Assembly (NCBI GenBank): GCA_051294375.1
Contig: CM119270.1
Location: 322,713-386,712, forward strand
DNA from: Paraspadella gotoi
Lineage: Eukaryota; Animalia; Chaetognatha
Direction: 5' to 3'
Length of the DNA: 64,000 nucleotides
Shown: positions 23,401 through 38,400 of the stretch, one piece after another
Layout of the letters: each line of letters opens with the position of its first letter
Position numbering within the stretch: the stretch's first letter is position 1
The notes under the pieces: model-generated
The model's input: only the letters and a program-made list of their open reading frames with translations
What the model was told of the DNA's origin: nothing
The model's database searches: none
Program-made: the position numbers and the translations under genes

Positions 23401-26400
23401 GAGAGAGAGACAAGAAGTGAAAAAGAAAGGATTCTTTTTTTTCCTTGGGCGTTTCAGTGTAATGAGGCGGCTTTGTAGTTTTGTCCTGCGCGTTTCCCTA
23501 ATCTCGACCCATCGTACCGCCTGGCTGCAGTCTGGTGCCTGCATATGCTGCACCTCCCAGGCACGCGTGCCTGCATATCACCGTGCATTTCTTCGGGGAT
23601 CATGTCTGTTCCCAATCAATCCCAACCAACCAACTAGCTTAAGCGTACTTTAAGTTAACTAACTCAATAACTCATTAACAAAGAAGCCAATGCCAACCAG
23701 ACAAAGGTACAAGAAGGACAAACACACACTCAAGACAAACCGAACCAAGCGCGCAGTACTCTAATTTAGACTACTAACGAGAAACTAACTTAGGACAAAG
23801 GTAAGCTGAAGGTAACATAACTAACGTTAGGCCAAGGTCAACCAACCTAAGAGCAACCAACGAACGCGAAGACAGCGGCAACGTAACGAACCAACCAACG
23901 CGCGAAGAGCAAGGCAACAGGAACGCAACCATGTGCTAACTAACCAACGTAATCCACCCAACAACAAACCCACACAATAACTAGACTAACTACTCATTAA
24001 CTAACCAACTAAAGTAATTGCTAAAGAATAGGAAGAAAAGACAATTTGTGCTGTATATTGGATTCTAATGTGCGTTGCTTAGAGTGTGTTATTATAAAAA
24101 AGAGAGCTTAAGACAATAGTTGTAACACGAGGAACGGAGAAGGAAGACCACGAAAGAAGGTAAGGGTAGTACACAAAGGTAAAGTTAGATATAAAATATA
24201 TAAAGTATAATCAGAAGGAAACTAGAAGGGATATTGAAGAGAACGGCGCTAAAAGTGGATATTGAAGTTCGCAACTGGTTGTGTTGGTAGAGAAAGTGAG
24301 ATGGATAGGAGTGTGGTAATGTTAGATTAAAAGGGTTATGTGTTGAGGTTGGTGGGGGGAGTTGGGGGCTGGGGGTAGTGTGTGGTGGCTCGTGGGGGGG
24401 AGTGTGGTACTGTGATCTGCACGGAAGAAGGTTGGGATGTAGAGAGTCAATGTAGAAGCGGTAAGGCGGATATGGCGTGAGGTTGTTGGAGAGGTATGGC
24501 TTGATTGGTGTTAAGGGTAAGGAGGTAGAAGTGGTGTAGGGGGGTAGAAGGAATAGAGGTGACGTTAGAATAGGTGCAGAAAGGAGAGGTGAAGGTCGGT
24601 GTTAGTGTTGGGCTTGATCGGAGAGGTTAATGTTGTTGTGATTGGTGTGTGCTGGTGCGATTTGAGTTGGGAGTGGTTGGATGATGTCGGTTGAGGTGGG
24701 TGTTATGCGGGGTAAGGTGGAGACAGATGAGAGTGGATGTTGAAAGATTGTAGTGAGGTGACGAAAAAATAATCTAAAAAGATGTTAGAAATAGATGGGC
24801 TAATCTATTGATGAATATATGATATGACTGTGGACAAGAATCGAATAAATAACAATATCGCCCACCCATCGGGTACATAAAACATTGTTCTTTTTTTTAT
24901 TATTTTTATTTGTTTATTTTTTGTTTTTATTTGTTTTTTATTTTTTTAATATTTATTTTTTTTTTTTTTATTCCTTTTTTTTTTTTTTTTTGTTTTTTTT
25001 ATCTTTTTTTTTATATAGAGATTTGTGTGTTTTTTAATATTTATTTCGTTTTTTGTGTATTTGTTTGTGTTTCGCGTGTGTGTTTTTGTGTGTGGTGTGG
25101 TGGTGTGTTGTATTTCTAATCACAATATGCTCACATATGCAGCACGGCAATTGAAGTGTACATATCACAAAAAGCAACAGACATGGAGTTAGGTGCCCCG
25201 ATAGCGTGGTAGCTGAAATGACTGAAGACGGAGGATGAGCAGCGAAAGACAGGGGAGGGACGCTGAGGCGTAACACAGGAGGACCGAAAGGGGAAGTACA
25301 GTGTACTAGTGATAAGGCTATCGCGGGTGAACGATGATCAAGGAGAGCTAGAAGGGACAGGGAACAGGGGAAAGAAACACATAGAGGGCACAAACCAAGA
25401 AGAGTAAGCTAAACAGGCGGTGCGTTATGAGGTGACGAACAGAAGAGGTCTCGAGGGAATAATTAGGTATGCTGAGAGCATACTCCTGTCCGTAGATTGA
25501 ATTGAAGATCACCGAATACGATGAAGAATCGAGTAAACAGTGTAGAAGGAGGGACGATAAAGATAAGAGACCAGTAACGATCTAGAGGTAACGATGGACA
25601 ACTCACGAACTAGCTATAGAACAAATGACGGAAGTCTGTTGATGGGGGTATTAGGGAGTAGTGATGACGACATAGTAATAAATTATTGGATAAATGGAAG
25701 AAATATCGAAAAGGTACCGTGTGCTGCGCTGAGGGGGGTGCCAAGCTAGAGTAGTGAGGTTGCGGACTGAGATCAGTGTAGGTCAAGAGAGGCCGGTAAT
25801 CACGAGAGTATCGGAAGGTAAGAGAGAGACGGATTAACAACACACGAAAAAAACTAGGAAAGAATTTAGAATGAAAACCTAGTAATAGAGCTGGAGTTAT
25901 TATAAATATTACAGAACAGAAACGTATATAGAAAACGAATGAAGAAGCAAAAACCAGAGGAGGAGCAACGACATAGATGGAATGGAGAATACCAACGAAC
26001 AAGCAACAAGAACTAACCACCAACGCACTAACCAACCAACACAACCAACCTAAACTAACATCACAAACTAAGTAACTAGTAACAACTACTAACTCATTGT
26101 AATAACCCAACCCAATCGCAACCACCAACATGAAACAACAACCACCAACCAAAAACCAACCAACTAGACCTAATTAACGTCACTATGTAACGATAACTTA
26201 TCTAACTAACTATATTAGCGCAACCAACCAACCAACCAATCACCCAGACCAACCAACCCATCCTTCTCAACCAACCACCTAACCCACCAAGCATACCAAC
26301 CAACAATAGGATAGGGGAAAATTCTAATTAACTTTTTTGTCCTTAGGTTGTTGTTCTTCTTTCTTAATTTTTTCTCTTTTTTTCCCAGGTGATTTTACCC

Positions 26401-29400
26401 CTGTATGGTAGCATGTACCTAAGGTGTGCGTCGTTCGAATCGCCTACTGTTGTAGATACTTACCTCGCACATTTCCTCTTTTGCGTATAATAACTAACTA
26501 GTTCACCTTCGCCTCTTTTTCTTTCGTCCCGGGAAAATTGTGGAATGAAAGAAATATAAATTGTAGATTTCGAGGGCTAAAGTTACGTCAGGTTGAGGGA
26601 GAAAAAAAGAAAAAAAATTATACATCGGAAAAAAAAAATGCTTGGAAAACTTTATGTATAAATAAAATTGGGTCGAGTAGCTTAAACAAAAAAAATATAT
26701 TTTGTACTTTTAGACGAATAAAGTGCGTTTAATATGAAATTGATTATTCATACTTTTAATCTTGATTCCTATGATGTCGCGCGTTAGTGGGTGGGTGAGT
26801 GCGGAGAGGTTGCGTGATGAGTGTCAGGCGGGCTGCGGCCGCGTGGGTTCGAGGACTGTGCGTAGGGATGGGGTTCTTGTTTAACGCTCTGTCTTCAATG
26901 TGTTGGTCTTTTGTTGTTCGGCTGTTGGGTCATTAGTTATGTGGTTGTCGGAGGCAGTGATCATATCAGTGCATAAACCGGTGCTATCGGCTCGTCGTGC
27001 ATCGTCGTCGTCATTCTCGTCGTCATCGGATCCGTCGTTGTCAGTTGTCGGATTTTGTTGTCATCATCGGGGTCATCGGCTGATCGACGTCTTGCATTGG
27101 TCATTGGTCATGCATCGGTGAGCCGTCATTCATCGACGTCATCGGGTCGTCCGTCGATCGCGTCGTGCGTCTCTTGTGCGCCCAGAGATTTAAACGAGTT
27201 TATAACCAGAAACATTTCTCGTCCACATTTGAGTTATCTTGTTTGGTTTTTTTTTTAGTCCTTTTTCTCTATGTGAGGAGTTTATGATTCATCTGCTATC
27301 TCTCGTCTGGCTCTCGTCTGCTCTCTCCTCGTCTCTCTGCTTCTGCTCTCGTCTCCTCTCTCTCTCTCTCTCTTCAGCTGCTCTCTCTCTCACTTTTATG
27401 CCTCTTTCTTTTTTTCTTTGTCTTTTGTTCTTAAGATGCTACTAGAGCGAACTGACTATACATAGAGACAGCGAAATTGTAATGAAAGGTAGATAGAGTA
27501 GATTCAGATATTGGATGTAATGTAACATCTAAACATTAGAATAATCGTGTCGGGCTTGTTAATCATGTCTACAGTGGGAGAAAAACGACAGACAGACAAA
27601 TTCTACAAGAAACGATTTTACTGACATACTGTGCGGACGAGAGAGAGAGAGAAGAGAATGAGAGAGGAGATGAGAAGAGAGAGGGAGAGAGAAAAGATGA
27701 GGGAGAGCTGCAAGTGAATTTGAAATCATGTTCCGTAAACGAATTTTTGGAAATCATTGATGAAAGTGCTCCATTTACTGGAGCGAAGGAGGGAGGAAGA
27801 AGGAGAGAAAGGATGAGGAGGAGTTAGGGAGATAGGAAAGGGAGGGGAGTAAGAGGACGAGGAGAGGGAGTATAAGGGAGGAAGGAGGGAACGAGTGATA
27901 GCGAGAGGAAGATAGGAGGAGGAGGGAATTATATAAAAAGAGGTGTAGAATGAGTATGGAATAAAAGTAACAAATAGAAAAGAATAACAGAAAATATGTA
28001 CAGAAGAAAACATAATTGATATTATTAGTTGTTAATTTTTCCATACATAGTATTTATCGATGAATGGACATCTTCTCATTTGTAACTAGGAACAGAAAAT
28101 CTAAACACCGCACTATCAATAGCAACGAACGATTATGAAATCAATGGGGAACTTTCATGTTTATTTCTTTTTCCAATGTTGGAACTTTCTCTCCGCCATA
28201 TTTATTTTCTGGGTATATCGGCTATGAATTCGCGTGAAATCTGCAAAGTCTGAGAAGCTGAAGAAGAGAGAGAGGAGAGAGAGAGTGAGAGCAGAGAGGA
28301 AGAGAGGAGAAGGAGAGAGAGAGAGGGGAGTGGAGAATGAAATGATGAAAAGTAGACAGAGGAGAGAGAGGAGGAGGGAGAGAGAGAGGGAGAGAGAGAG
28401 AGAGAGAAAAGGTAAAGAAGAAAAGCAGACTTCTTTTTTATTTCTGTGTTGAAAAGAAAAGAAGGGAGGAAAAGATACGTACGAATAAGGGGAGATGAAA
28501 CCAGCAAGAGAAGTAGAGATGAGAGAGAGAGAGTAGAGAGGAGACGATAGTAGGAGGAAGAGAGAAGATGAGATGAGGAGAGAGAGGAGAGAGGAGAGAG
28601 GGAGGAGAGAAAAGAGATAAAGGAGAGAAGGAAGCGAGTGGCGGGTGGGCTGTGCCGTAGACGAGGAGAGGAAAGTCGGCCGTGTAAATTACGGCCGGCC
28701 TGTCCGCCGGAAGGTTTATTATAATTCAATCCTAAAGAAAGAGCAGGACAGAAGAAAGAGAAATAAAGTATAAAGAGAGAATTAGACAGAATGGTAAGAA
28801 AAAATAAACGCGAGAGATACAAGAAAGACGAAAGAAGAAATAAGAATGGAAAGAATGGAAAGAAAGAAAAGAAGAAAAGAAAGAGAGAAAAAAAGATAGT
28901 GGAAGAAGAAAGAAAAAAGAGAAAGGAAGATAGAATATGCAAAGCAAGAATTATGAGAAAGAGAAGAGAAGAAACACTAATAGTCTAGCAAGGAATAGTA
29001 GTTGGGCGGACTGAGGTAAGGTAAGAACAGAGTAGAAAGGGAAATAAGTAAATGAGAGGAAAGAAAGAAGGAAAAGGCCATGAGCTCGAAGGGGGGAGTG
29101 CCGAATATGCTGGGATGAAAAGAATGAAGAGGTTAAAAAGATATAGTAAAGAAATTTAGATACAAGTAGAACAATAAGACAGATTATATGAACTAGCGGA
29201 GAATGATAGAGATCTGTTAAGGATAAATAGAGGACCAAGGCATGTCTTTTGTTATGAAATCGATCTCTGCTCTCTCTTTCGTCGTCTCTCTCTGCTCTGG
29301 TTTGCTCAGTTCTTTTTCTCTCGTGTCTCTCCTCTGTTTTAACTCGCACAGAAAATTCACATTGCTCTCGATCTCGGAGTGTTCACTCTCTTTGCTCGCT

Positions 29401-32400
29401 TGCTCACGATCTGCGAGGCTCTGTCTAGTTCGTCGCTCGTCCGTTGTATGTGGCTGCGTTCTCGCTTGCGTCGTCGTGGTCTGTCGTACTATCATGATGT
29501 CACATGTGTCGTCTCCTCGTCTTCTCTCTCTCTCTCTGTCGTGCTTCGTCTTCTGTCGTACCGTGCTGTGAGCGCTTTGCAGTTACGGGCGTTCCCATGA
29601 GGTTGTTTGCTCCTCTCATTACCCGCGAAAACGTGAAGTCTTCATCCTTCAACATTGCAGCGAGTGCGTTCTCTGTCGGGTCTCTGTCTGCGTCGTCGCA
29701 TCGTTCCAGTTCTCTCTCCTCTTCTCTCTCGTCTCTCGTCTCTCTCTCTGTTCTCGTCTAGGGATATTCTTGGTCTCGTACGTGTTGTTCTGTGTTGTCG
29801 GCGTGCTGCCTTTCTCTTTCTTTCCCATGCGGCGTTACGTGGTTCTCATTTCGTATCTGCCTCTCTAATATCACAGGGCTTTTTGTGTCTGGGGGTGCTG
29901 GGGGGTGTTTGTTGGGTTGAGAACGTCGGAGACACGTTTAGAGAAATACGGTTGTGGACTAAAGTGTTGGCCACTGTTGTCTGAAAGCAGGTTGTTCGAC
30001 ACTTGTTCTTTGAGCTCGAATTAGTTGTGTTTCGAAAACGGTGACATCGTTGTCCACAACGCCCGGTTGTCACCATCTGAAACCATATTGGTTTGTTGCC
30101 GAAGGTGTGTTAAAAAACTTTGTCATTTGTGAAAGTTAAGCAAAGGATCAAGAAGAGTTCCCTAATTGATCTTAAAACGTGTTTCAGACTGGATGTTCAT
30201 TGGCCTGGTTTAAATTACGCACGCATGCTGGAATTATTTTGTGGAAGAAAAGAAAATTGCTTTTCATCCGATAATGTGTCTTGGGCTCTCAGCCTCTTTC
30301 TCTCCTCCACGCGTTCCCCTCCCCTGCACCCATGCTCCTCTCTCTGTCGTTTGGTGTATCTCTCTCGCGCTTCGTCTACTCGGTCTCTCCTTCTTCTCTC
30401 TCTTGTCTCGGGTTCGCGTTCTTGCTGTCGTCTGTGATGCGACTTGTCCCTTCGGGAATTTAATGACGGCCTGCGTGGTCCGGTTGCGTTCTCCAAGTGC
30501 AGTTGCGAAGCGCAATTGACTTGTTTCTGCTCTGTCCGGACGTTGGCGTATTTTCCTTCGCTCTCCGTCGGTCTTCTGCTCGGTCTCGTCTCCTCTCTCG
30601 TATCTCTCCGGTCTCTCTCTCTGCTGTCCTCGATCTCTCGTCTGCTCTCTCCTGGTTTCCTGGACCTTCGTTGTCTCGGGTGTTGTCTGGTCGTCCGTCG
30701 TTTTCTGTTATGTCTTATTTATAAAGGACTATATAGTAAAATAGGAAATGTTAAAATTCAAGAAGACATAATGTTAGATAGAGAAATTGCAGTCAATAAT
30801 AAGAATACTGAATATGCATTCAATTAGTGAAATGTAAATTGAATAAAGTTTTGAGACTTGAGAATTTTAGAAGTTTCTATTTTAATTTTAGCAATGATGT
30901 TGAAGATTAGAGGATGTCATTCGGGTATTAAGTTAGGAACAGAGATTAGGTCGCTTTCGTGAATATTTCGCAGCTGAACCTGCGTTCCCGATTGCGCTCG
31001 CGATTTCTCTAACTGCTGAGTATTTGAAGGCGTAGAAAATTCTGAAGATTTAACTTTAATTAAAGATGTCTAAAATGGTGAGGAACGACTACAAGCATGA
31101 AGGGTCTAGATGAACATTTATGAATAAGAAACGTTTATAAATAAATTTTTAACAATTTGACATCGGGCAGTAGGCCAGTTTTATACGCTAGTACTAAACC
31201 AATAAATGTTATAAATTTCCAAAATAGGTTTTTCTGGCTAAGATTTTTTTTGGCAGATTTGGATGGCGTCATAAGAAGTTGATAAAAAGAAAATAATTAA
31301 CTCTTTGTGTTGAAAATTCCTTATTAAGTGGGGAGTTCAAAATCGAAAGGAAGGCCGGTATAGTTTTAGAGCTGAAAATGATTAAGGTGTTTTTTATATT
31401 CAGTAAGATATATTTTTGTAGAGTTTTTGAACGCCAGCTTAATGAAGGAATTTTTAAAAAATGATTTATATTGATGTTCTTTTAATCAACTTTGTTGGTG
31501 ACGAGGAATTCAAGGATCTGCAATGTCGAAATTAAGGAAAAGCGCTATTGTTGAAAATTTTCCCATTTGTGAGGATAGTATACTATATTATAAATATAGC
31601 CTACTGGCGAAAAATTAAAAAACATAAAATGGATTTTTTTACAAATTTAATGTTCACTGATTGGTATGTTGTTGCATAATTGACTTTTGAATTTGTCGTA
31701 GGTAGACTTTCACTACGCTCTACTTGAGTATTCGTACAAGCGGGGAGCCGACCGAAATTCAAAATTGAGTGGCGATATGGACTTTAGCAACGTAAGTGCG
31801 AGAATACTGGAATAGAAAGATGGTGTTTCTGGGTTTTGCACTGGATATTTATCACATAGATGAAATTATACTCGGTTCATTATAATTTTTAGGTCTCTTC
31901 TTTTTTTTCTATTCTGTTGTTTTCTTTCCTTCTTTGATTTTTCGTTTATTTAATTATTCTTTATTTTTTCTTTGCCTTTAGCTTATTCTTGGTTTTCATT
32001 CTCACTTCTCTCTTCCTTATTCTATTGCTTTGTGCACTTTCTCTCTTTCCGTCTTCTATGTCATCTTTCCTTAGTCTGTTCTCCGCATATCGATCTTCCA
32101 AAATGTTACCACTGGACATGCAAAAAAGGTTAGGGTTGTCCTCATCTTACTTATGAACATCCCAATTGACTATAGGCTTAATCTGTCTATGGATTTGTCT
32201 CAACTCCTATAGTCATTTTTTATTTGTGGGAACTGGGAGTAAATTAATAGTAAGTTATGTAAGTATATTAATAGAAATTTATGACTTAATGTATTGTATA
32301 TCCTAATACTTGTCAATTTTATCATTTATTCTACCGTCGGTTTACTCTTATGAGTTATATTGTTAAATATACAGAAGTGTGCTTGTTGAACGGAAGGATT

Positions 32401-35400
32401 TTTTACAACTTTTTTCGCCGTTATATCTTGTTCAGAGCAGCTCACTGCTGCAACTTCATCTTGTCTTCACTCCTCAACTTGAAGCTCAGTCGAACCTGGC
32501 GTGTTCCACATCTCCTGCTTTGTTTAGCGAGCGCCTCGGCCTTTGGTCACGTAGATAGTAGAAAAGAAACGGTGAATGCGTGAACCAAAATTTGTGAACA
32601 GTTTTAAAGAAAGATTTTGAAGGAAAATGGGAAGTTAAGAGTAGTATAGTGGGCTCGAAATTGTAATTATTTTTTTAAATTATATGAGGTAAGTCAATTT
32701 ACAAGTTTGTTACATAATAATTTTAACAAAAGTTGTAGTCTAAACAATAGTCTCAGCCTGTTAAGCTAAGTAGAGAGCGAGGTTTATTATGATTTTGTGT
32801 TAACCTTGTTGGGTGTTAATATAGGGATTGCAAGTTAGATGACGAATGAGGGTTATTAAAGATTAGTGAGTAGATTAAAAAAATAATCGATTTTTATGGA
32901 GTTTGTATTGTATTGTGGAAATTTATTTCCTTCATGCTGCCTATTCGTAGTGAATGCTGGTTGCAGTGCGGGACATCATAAGAAGTTGGGTTAAATATAA
33001 TGATCAGTGTCTTCGAGTATTACGGCTTTGCGCTAGTTCTCTCTGGGGGTGCGGGAATGGAGAGAGAGGAGAAGAGGAGTAGAATGCGTGCTTGTGTTGT
33101 TTGGGACATTAAAGGATGAGACTGGCCTCTTAAGTTCTGCGGCATCTTTTCTTTATTACTCTTCTATGCTTGGTGATGAGCAGGGGTATTTGTCCTGGTT
33201 CGTCCGTGTCGTTCTGTCGATGTTCATTTCTCTCTCTCGTTCCTTTCTCTCTCTCTCGGCTTCTCTGTTTTCTCTCTCTATCTCGGGTGTTGGTTATGGT
33301 GTATGTACTCTTTTGGTAGGGCGGTGAGTGATGTCATGACGCGCTCATTTTGTTCGGCTGAGTAGTATATCGGGCTCGGAGAGCGGATCGTCATGTTGAG
33401 TTGCAGATATGCGATTGGTCACCGAAGTTGAAGGGTGGGTCAGATAAAGACAACAAAATCATACAACAACTCAGTTGTTGAATTGACTTTGCAGTTGGGC
33501 TGATACGGTTGGCGACATACGGAATCAACACTGGTATTTTAGGTGGTTCATGTGAGGGTAGAGAAAGAAACTAAAAAAGGAAAGATAAGATAGAAAAGAA
33601 AGAAAAAAAGAAAAAGAAGAGAAAGAGAGAAAGAATAGAAAGAAAGAAGAGAAGGAAAGAAAGAAAGAGGAAGAAATGAAAGAAAAGAAAGATAAGAAAG
33701 AAATGAAAGAAGAAAAAAGAGGAATAGAGAAGAGAAAAGTAGAAAAAGATCCACCACTTAGCACTTCGGGTGCTGCTGGCGATGAATATTGCTGGAAGCC
33801 GCCGCCGCCGTCGGCGCAGGCCCGCTCGTAACAGTAATCTTTTGTCGAACAGTACGTTAAAGATTCGGTTTTAACGTTTAATAAAACACGTGAGATCAAA
33901 AAAGGGAAATTAATGAAAAGTTCTTCTTCTCTCTTTCCTTTTCTCTCTTCTCCTCTCTCTCTCGTCAGTCTTCGTCTCTCTCTCTCTCTTCTTTCTCTCC
34001 TCTTCTCGTCATCTCTCTCCTTGTTAATGATTAACAGTTTTTAAACTGGATAAAGCTAATAAAAAAGCTAGAGGATCTTTTCGGGAAATTATATTTGCAT
34101 GGCAGCTATATTCCTGTTGTTTTTTTCAAGTTCTGTCGATCGTCAGTCAGGGTCGCTACTCTTCATTAAAACACATTTCGTCAACAAAATGACAAGCCAG
34201 GTATTTAGTAAAAACAGGGCGTCTGAATATAATAAATTGGGAAGATTTATAAAAAAGTAAAGATTTAATGTACTAATTGAATAACGATAATACTTTTAAA
34301 ATTATTTCTTGCTTTAGTTAGTAAGAGAAACAACTATATAAATGCGAGGTTTCTTATAACCCAGCATATAAACCTGATGGTCCGATGTTGTGTATGGGGG
34401 ATTTTAAGTAGAGAATCAGTGAGAATTTGGACGCACAAGCGCGCGGCGTTCCACAGTCTTAACCTCTGATAGAGCCGAGCGGAGAGAGAGAGGGAGAGTG
34501 AGTAGAAGGGAGAGAGAGGGGGATGGGAGGCTTAGGAGTGTCTGGTGATTGGTCTTTCTATGGATATTCTGATGTTGGGTGAAGCTACCTCATTATCATC
34601 ATGGAGGGACGAATGTATTGCCCAGGGTGAAGGAGAGGAAGTCCCTGAGAGGTGCATTATTTTACGTCTCTCTCTTTCTCTCTCTCTCGTCTCTCTGTTT
34701 CTCGTCTCGCGTCTTTTCCTTCTCCTCCCTTTAACAATTATATAGAATAAGCCCATTTTTCGCACCATGTTTTTCTAAGAAAAAAAAATTAACGCTATTC
34801 GCGCTCTTCTGTTTGCGTAAATTTATCTAGGCTAGTTGAAGGGGTTACTTTTTAGTTAATGTTAGTTAAGATCTTGCGTTTAAAAAAAAATTGTTGGTTG
34901 GATTCAAACTGTTGAATGTAGTTTTTAAACTTTCAAAGTTTAATCGAATAAATAAGTGAACCCGATATTTGGGGGTCCTGTTGGTTGCTACCCGAGTATT
35001 CATAAGAATTGATTGAATTAAGTACAATCGTAGTTTGATGAAGAAGGGAGAGAGAGAGAGGAGAGAGATATTTAATGCGAGGAGCAGAATTTGATCAAAA
35101 CGGGGAGCTAGAAATTAGTTCCGGATTTCACTGCGGATACGTCGAAATCGCGGGGCCCGCCGGGGAGCCCGGGTTGATACTCCCGGGGGATCTAATTTTT
35201 CTCTATCGTTGTTGATATTCGAGTGGCCGCTGGAATGTGTTAGAAGTTCCGTTTTTTTAGTCAGCACTCCGCTGGTGATTCTAGTAATTCAATTCTTCGG
35301 GAATTGTTTTTGTTGTCCTCGTCTGTCGTATGATATATAATAAATATGTCTGTATTGTTAATTGATGTCTGTAGTTGTGTCTCTCGTGGATAGTTCATTA

Positions 35401-38400
35401 TTATGGATAGAAAAAAATTGAAATTTGTTCTTTGAAAAGGCGTATCATTCGAAAATTTTGTATTTGGAGAATAAATGAGAATGAAGCAAAGAGGAGGAAG
35501 AGGTAGGAGAGGAGGAAGAGAGGAGGAGGAAGTATCTGATTGATTGCAAGTATTGTTTTGAACGGTCTGCATCGCTGATTGGATTCCAAGTATTTTAAAC
35601 CGGTCGCTCGTTGATTGGTCAGTTCCTTAATGACTTGTTATCGAAAGGAGAATGGTGCTTACCGTAAACTATAAGGCTTTCTATTTCAAGTTTTTTTATT
35701 CATTGTGTTGATTATCGTTATTGTTTATTATTAAAAAATCTTAAAAGTCATGAAAGATCGGAGGCCGGCTTGTCGATAGTAACCAAATATTGATGCGATG
35801 ATAACCAAGATATTGATGCGGATGATAAGCCAAATAGTGAGACGCGATGTATAGACGATAATTGATGCGATGATATTACAGAAAAGTGATCGTGGATGGT
35901 GATCAGAAGTGAGAAGGTCAAATGATTGATGGCGATGATGAGTCATAGTGCATTGGATTATAGATGATAGATGTTGCATGTCTTGATTACGGATGATACG
36001 GTCATGTCGCATTGATGGCGATGTGATACTAGGTCAGCATTTCGCGATTGACGGGGGTGTGTGCGTGTGGTGCTGGCGGGAATTCGATTCATGCGTTAAT
36101 AGTAAAACAGAACAAGATGCGGTAGGTATGAGGTGGAAAAAGAGAGAGAGGAGGAGAGTAGAGAGAGAGAATGAAGAGAGAGGAGAAGAGACGGGGAGAT
36201 GAGAGAGGGGGCTGGACAGTTGTGTCCGGGCCCGAAGGCTTGTGGAACTGATGGTGCGATCTTGATTCAAGGGTGAACTTTAGGCTGAGAGAGGAATATG
36301 TTAGTGTGTTAAAATAGGTAAGAGACATATTGTTATTTGGGTTTTACCTGATGTAGTTTAACTGGGAAGTATAAGAGTGAGGGCAATGTTTTTAAAGTTG
36401 AGGGAAGCAGGATCTTGTAAAATCTTAATGGCAGTAGGTATACTTGATTGAAACTTGTGAGGGGTGGATTTCTAATTTGCTCTTAAGATGTTAAAAGGGA
36501 AGGTTATCATTATAATTTGAGGAGCAATGATATTAACTATATGTGTTATTAAATATTAATATTGGGTTATGAAATGATTAAAGTATTGTAGAGTCTGAAG
36601 TTTGTATTTGGCTATTTGTAGTCTAACTAGTGTGTGTATAGGGCTGCCTCATTCCAGAAGACTAACGACTGACTCTCGCGGTCCTCCAAAATTGAGTTGG
36701 TTAGAATAATAAGATCGCAATAAATATTTTAAAGAAGGTAATATATATACATAATAGTGTAGGATTTAAAAGTAGTAGAAGCATTTACTCGGTCATCGCT
36801 GTCTGCAAGCTGACCTGACGTGTGCTTTGTTCTTGAGAGTCGTTGTTGGAGGGAGAGGCGGTTGATCTCTCGCGGTGCTCTTTTCGTCGTCTCGTCGTCT
36901 GGTGGCTGGTGCTGTCTCTCCTGCTCGTCGGGTTCTCTCCGGGTGGCGCTGCAAGGGTTCTTCTTCTGCGGCGTGGCGCGTGCTTGGCTGCGGACTGCTC
37001 TCGTCGTGAGCTCGCAGGGATGGTGTTAGAGGAGAGATGTTTGGGTTCTGGATTGATGGCAAGGAGCGGTCTGATGAGGTTATACATAACGCCGGAAGAC
37101 AGGGGTGTCGCTATGTAAAATAGGAAAGTCGGTTATAAGTGAGAATGGCAAGAATATAAATTTGTGGTGTTCTCTACGTTTTAATAGTAAATGACGCTTG
37201 CATAAATTAAAAGTGTATAGATATTGAAATAAGTAATTTGCAATTTTGCATAATAAAATAGAAAAATAAAAGAGTAGGGGATAAGTTTTTCGGGTATTAA
37301 TTGTTTAAACGAAAGACTTTATCAAGATATATGGGAAGACGGTGTTAATTAAGCGAGCGAGACGCGATGTTGAGGAGAGTTCAATTAGTGTGTGGAGCTG
37401 CCGCTGAAGTATATTTTTTAAGATGATACATATGGATAGATTGGAATTTATAGGTTGGTATGAAAGAATTAATGGAGCTAAAACTAAATTTGGTGTTTGA
37501 TTGAGAGTTAAAATTTCTTGTTTAATTTGGAAAATCATAGTCCATTGAGGAATTTTACTTGTTCGGCATAGTTCGGGAGAGCGCGTGGTGGGAATTGTGT
37601 TTAAGTAAACAGCTAGGGAGTATCTGAGGTAGTGCGGCATGGAGGTGCAGTTGGGGTCTGTGCAGAAGAAGGGTCAGATGAGCTTTGAATATTTCCTAAT
37701 AAGGGGTGACGCAAAACAGTTTTGTGGGTGGACGTTGTAGCCTTGTCGTTCAGGTTTGTATATTATGCTTTAGGATCAAGTGTGTTTAATCTGCGTAGAT
37801 CACGGATCATGGGATATCAACTGATTCGCGTTACATGTGCAAATCTTTTTAAATGTAGTGGCAGTCTTATTGTTATGTATTTCTTGTAATATCTGTTAAT
37901 TTTATTTATCATGGAATTAATCTTCTAGATATATTTTATTGGTTATCTGGTCTGGTGATAATCTCAAGTATGTTTACAGTACTGTTAAGTCGGCCGATAG
38001 TTCATAGTTTATATGGCTGCATGTCTGCGAAAAGTATTTGGGTTCTTAAATAGTAGTAGATAACAGATTGGAAAATATAGGTTGGATAGAACGGGAATCT
38101 ATGAGACTAATAAAGAGAAAATATTTGTTTTTAGTTATGTTTAAGAAATAAATTTTAGAAGGGCAAATAGTGTTGGGATTCAGGAATTGTCCTTATTTTA
38201 ATTTAAGAAAAATCATTTCTTACCTAGGCAATTTCAGTAACATTTTGCTGCTGGTTAAAATCGCAGGCAAAATATTCAGACCGTAAGGTTCACCCGCTTC
38301 GAGATTGATTATGGTTCTCTCGTTTATATATAAGGAATAATCAGTAATTTTTAGAAAAAAAAGCATGCACAGAAAAGTCTCGTGAGTTAAATTTGTGGAG

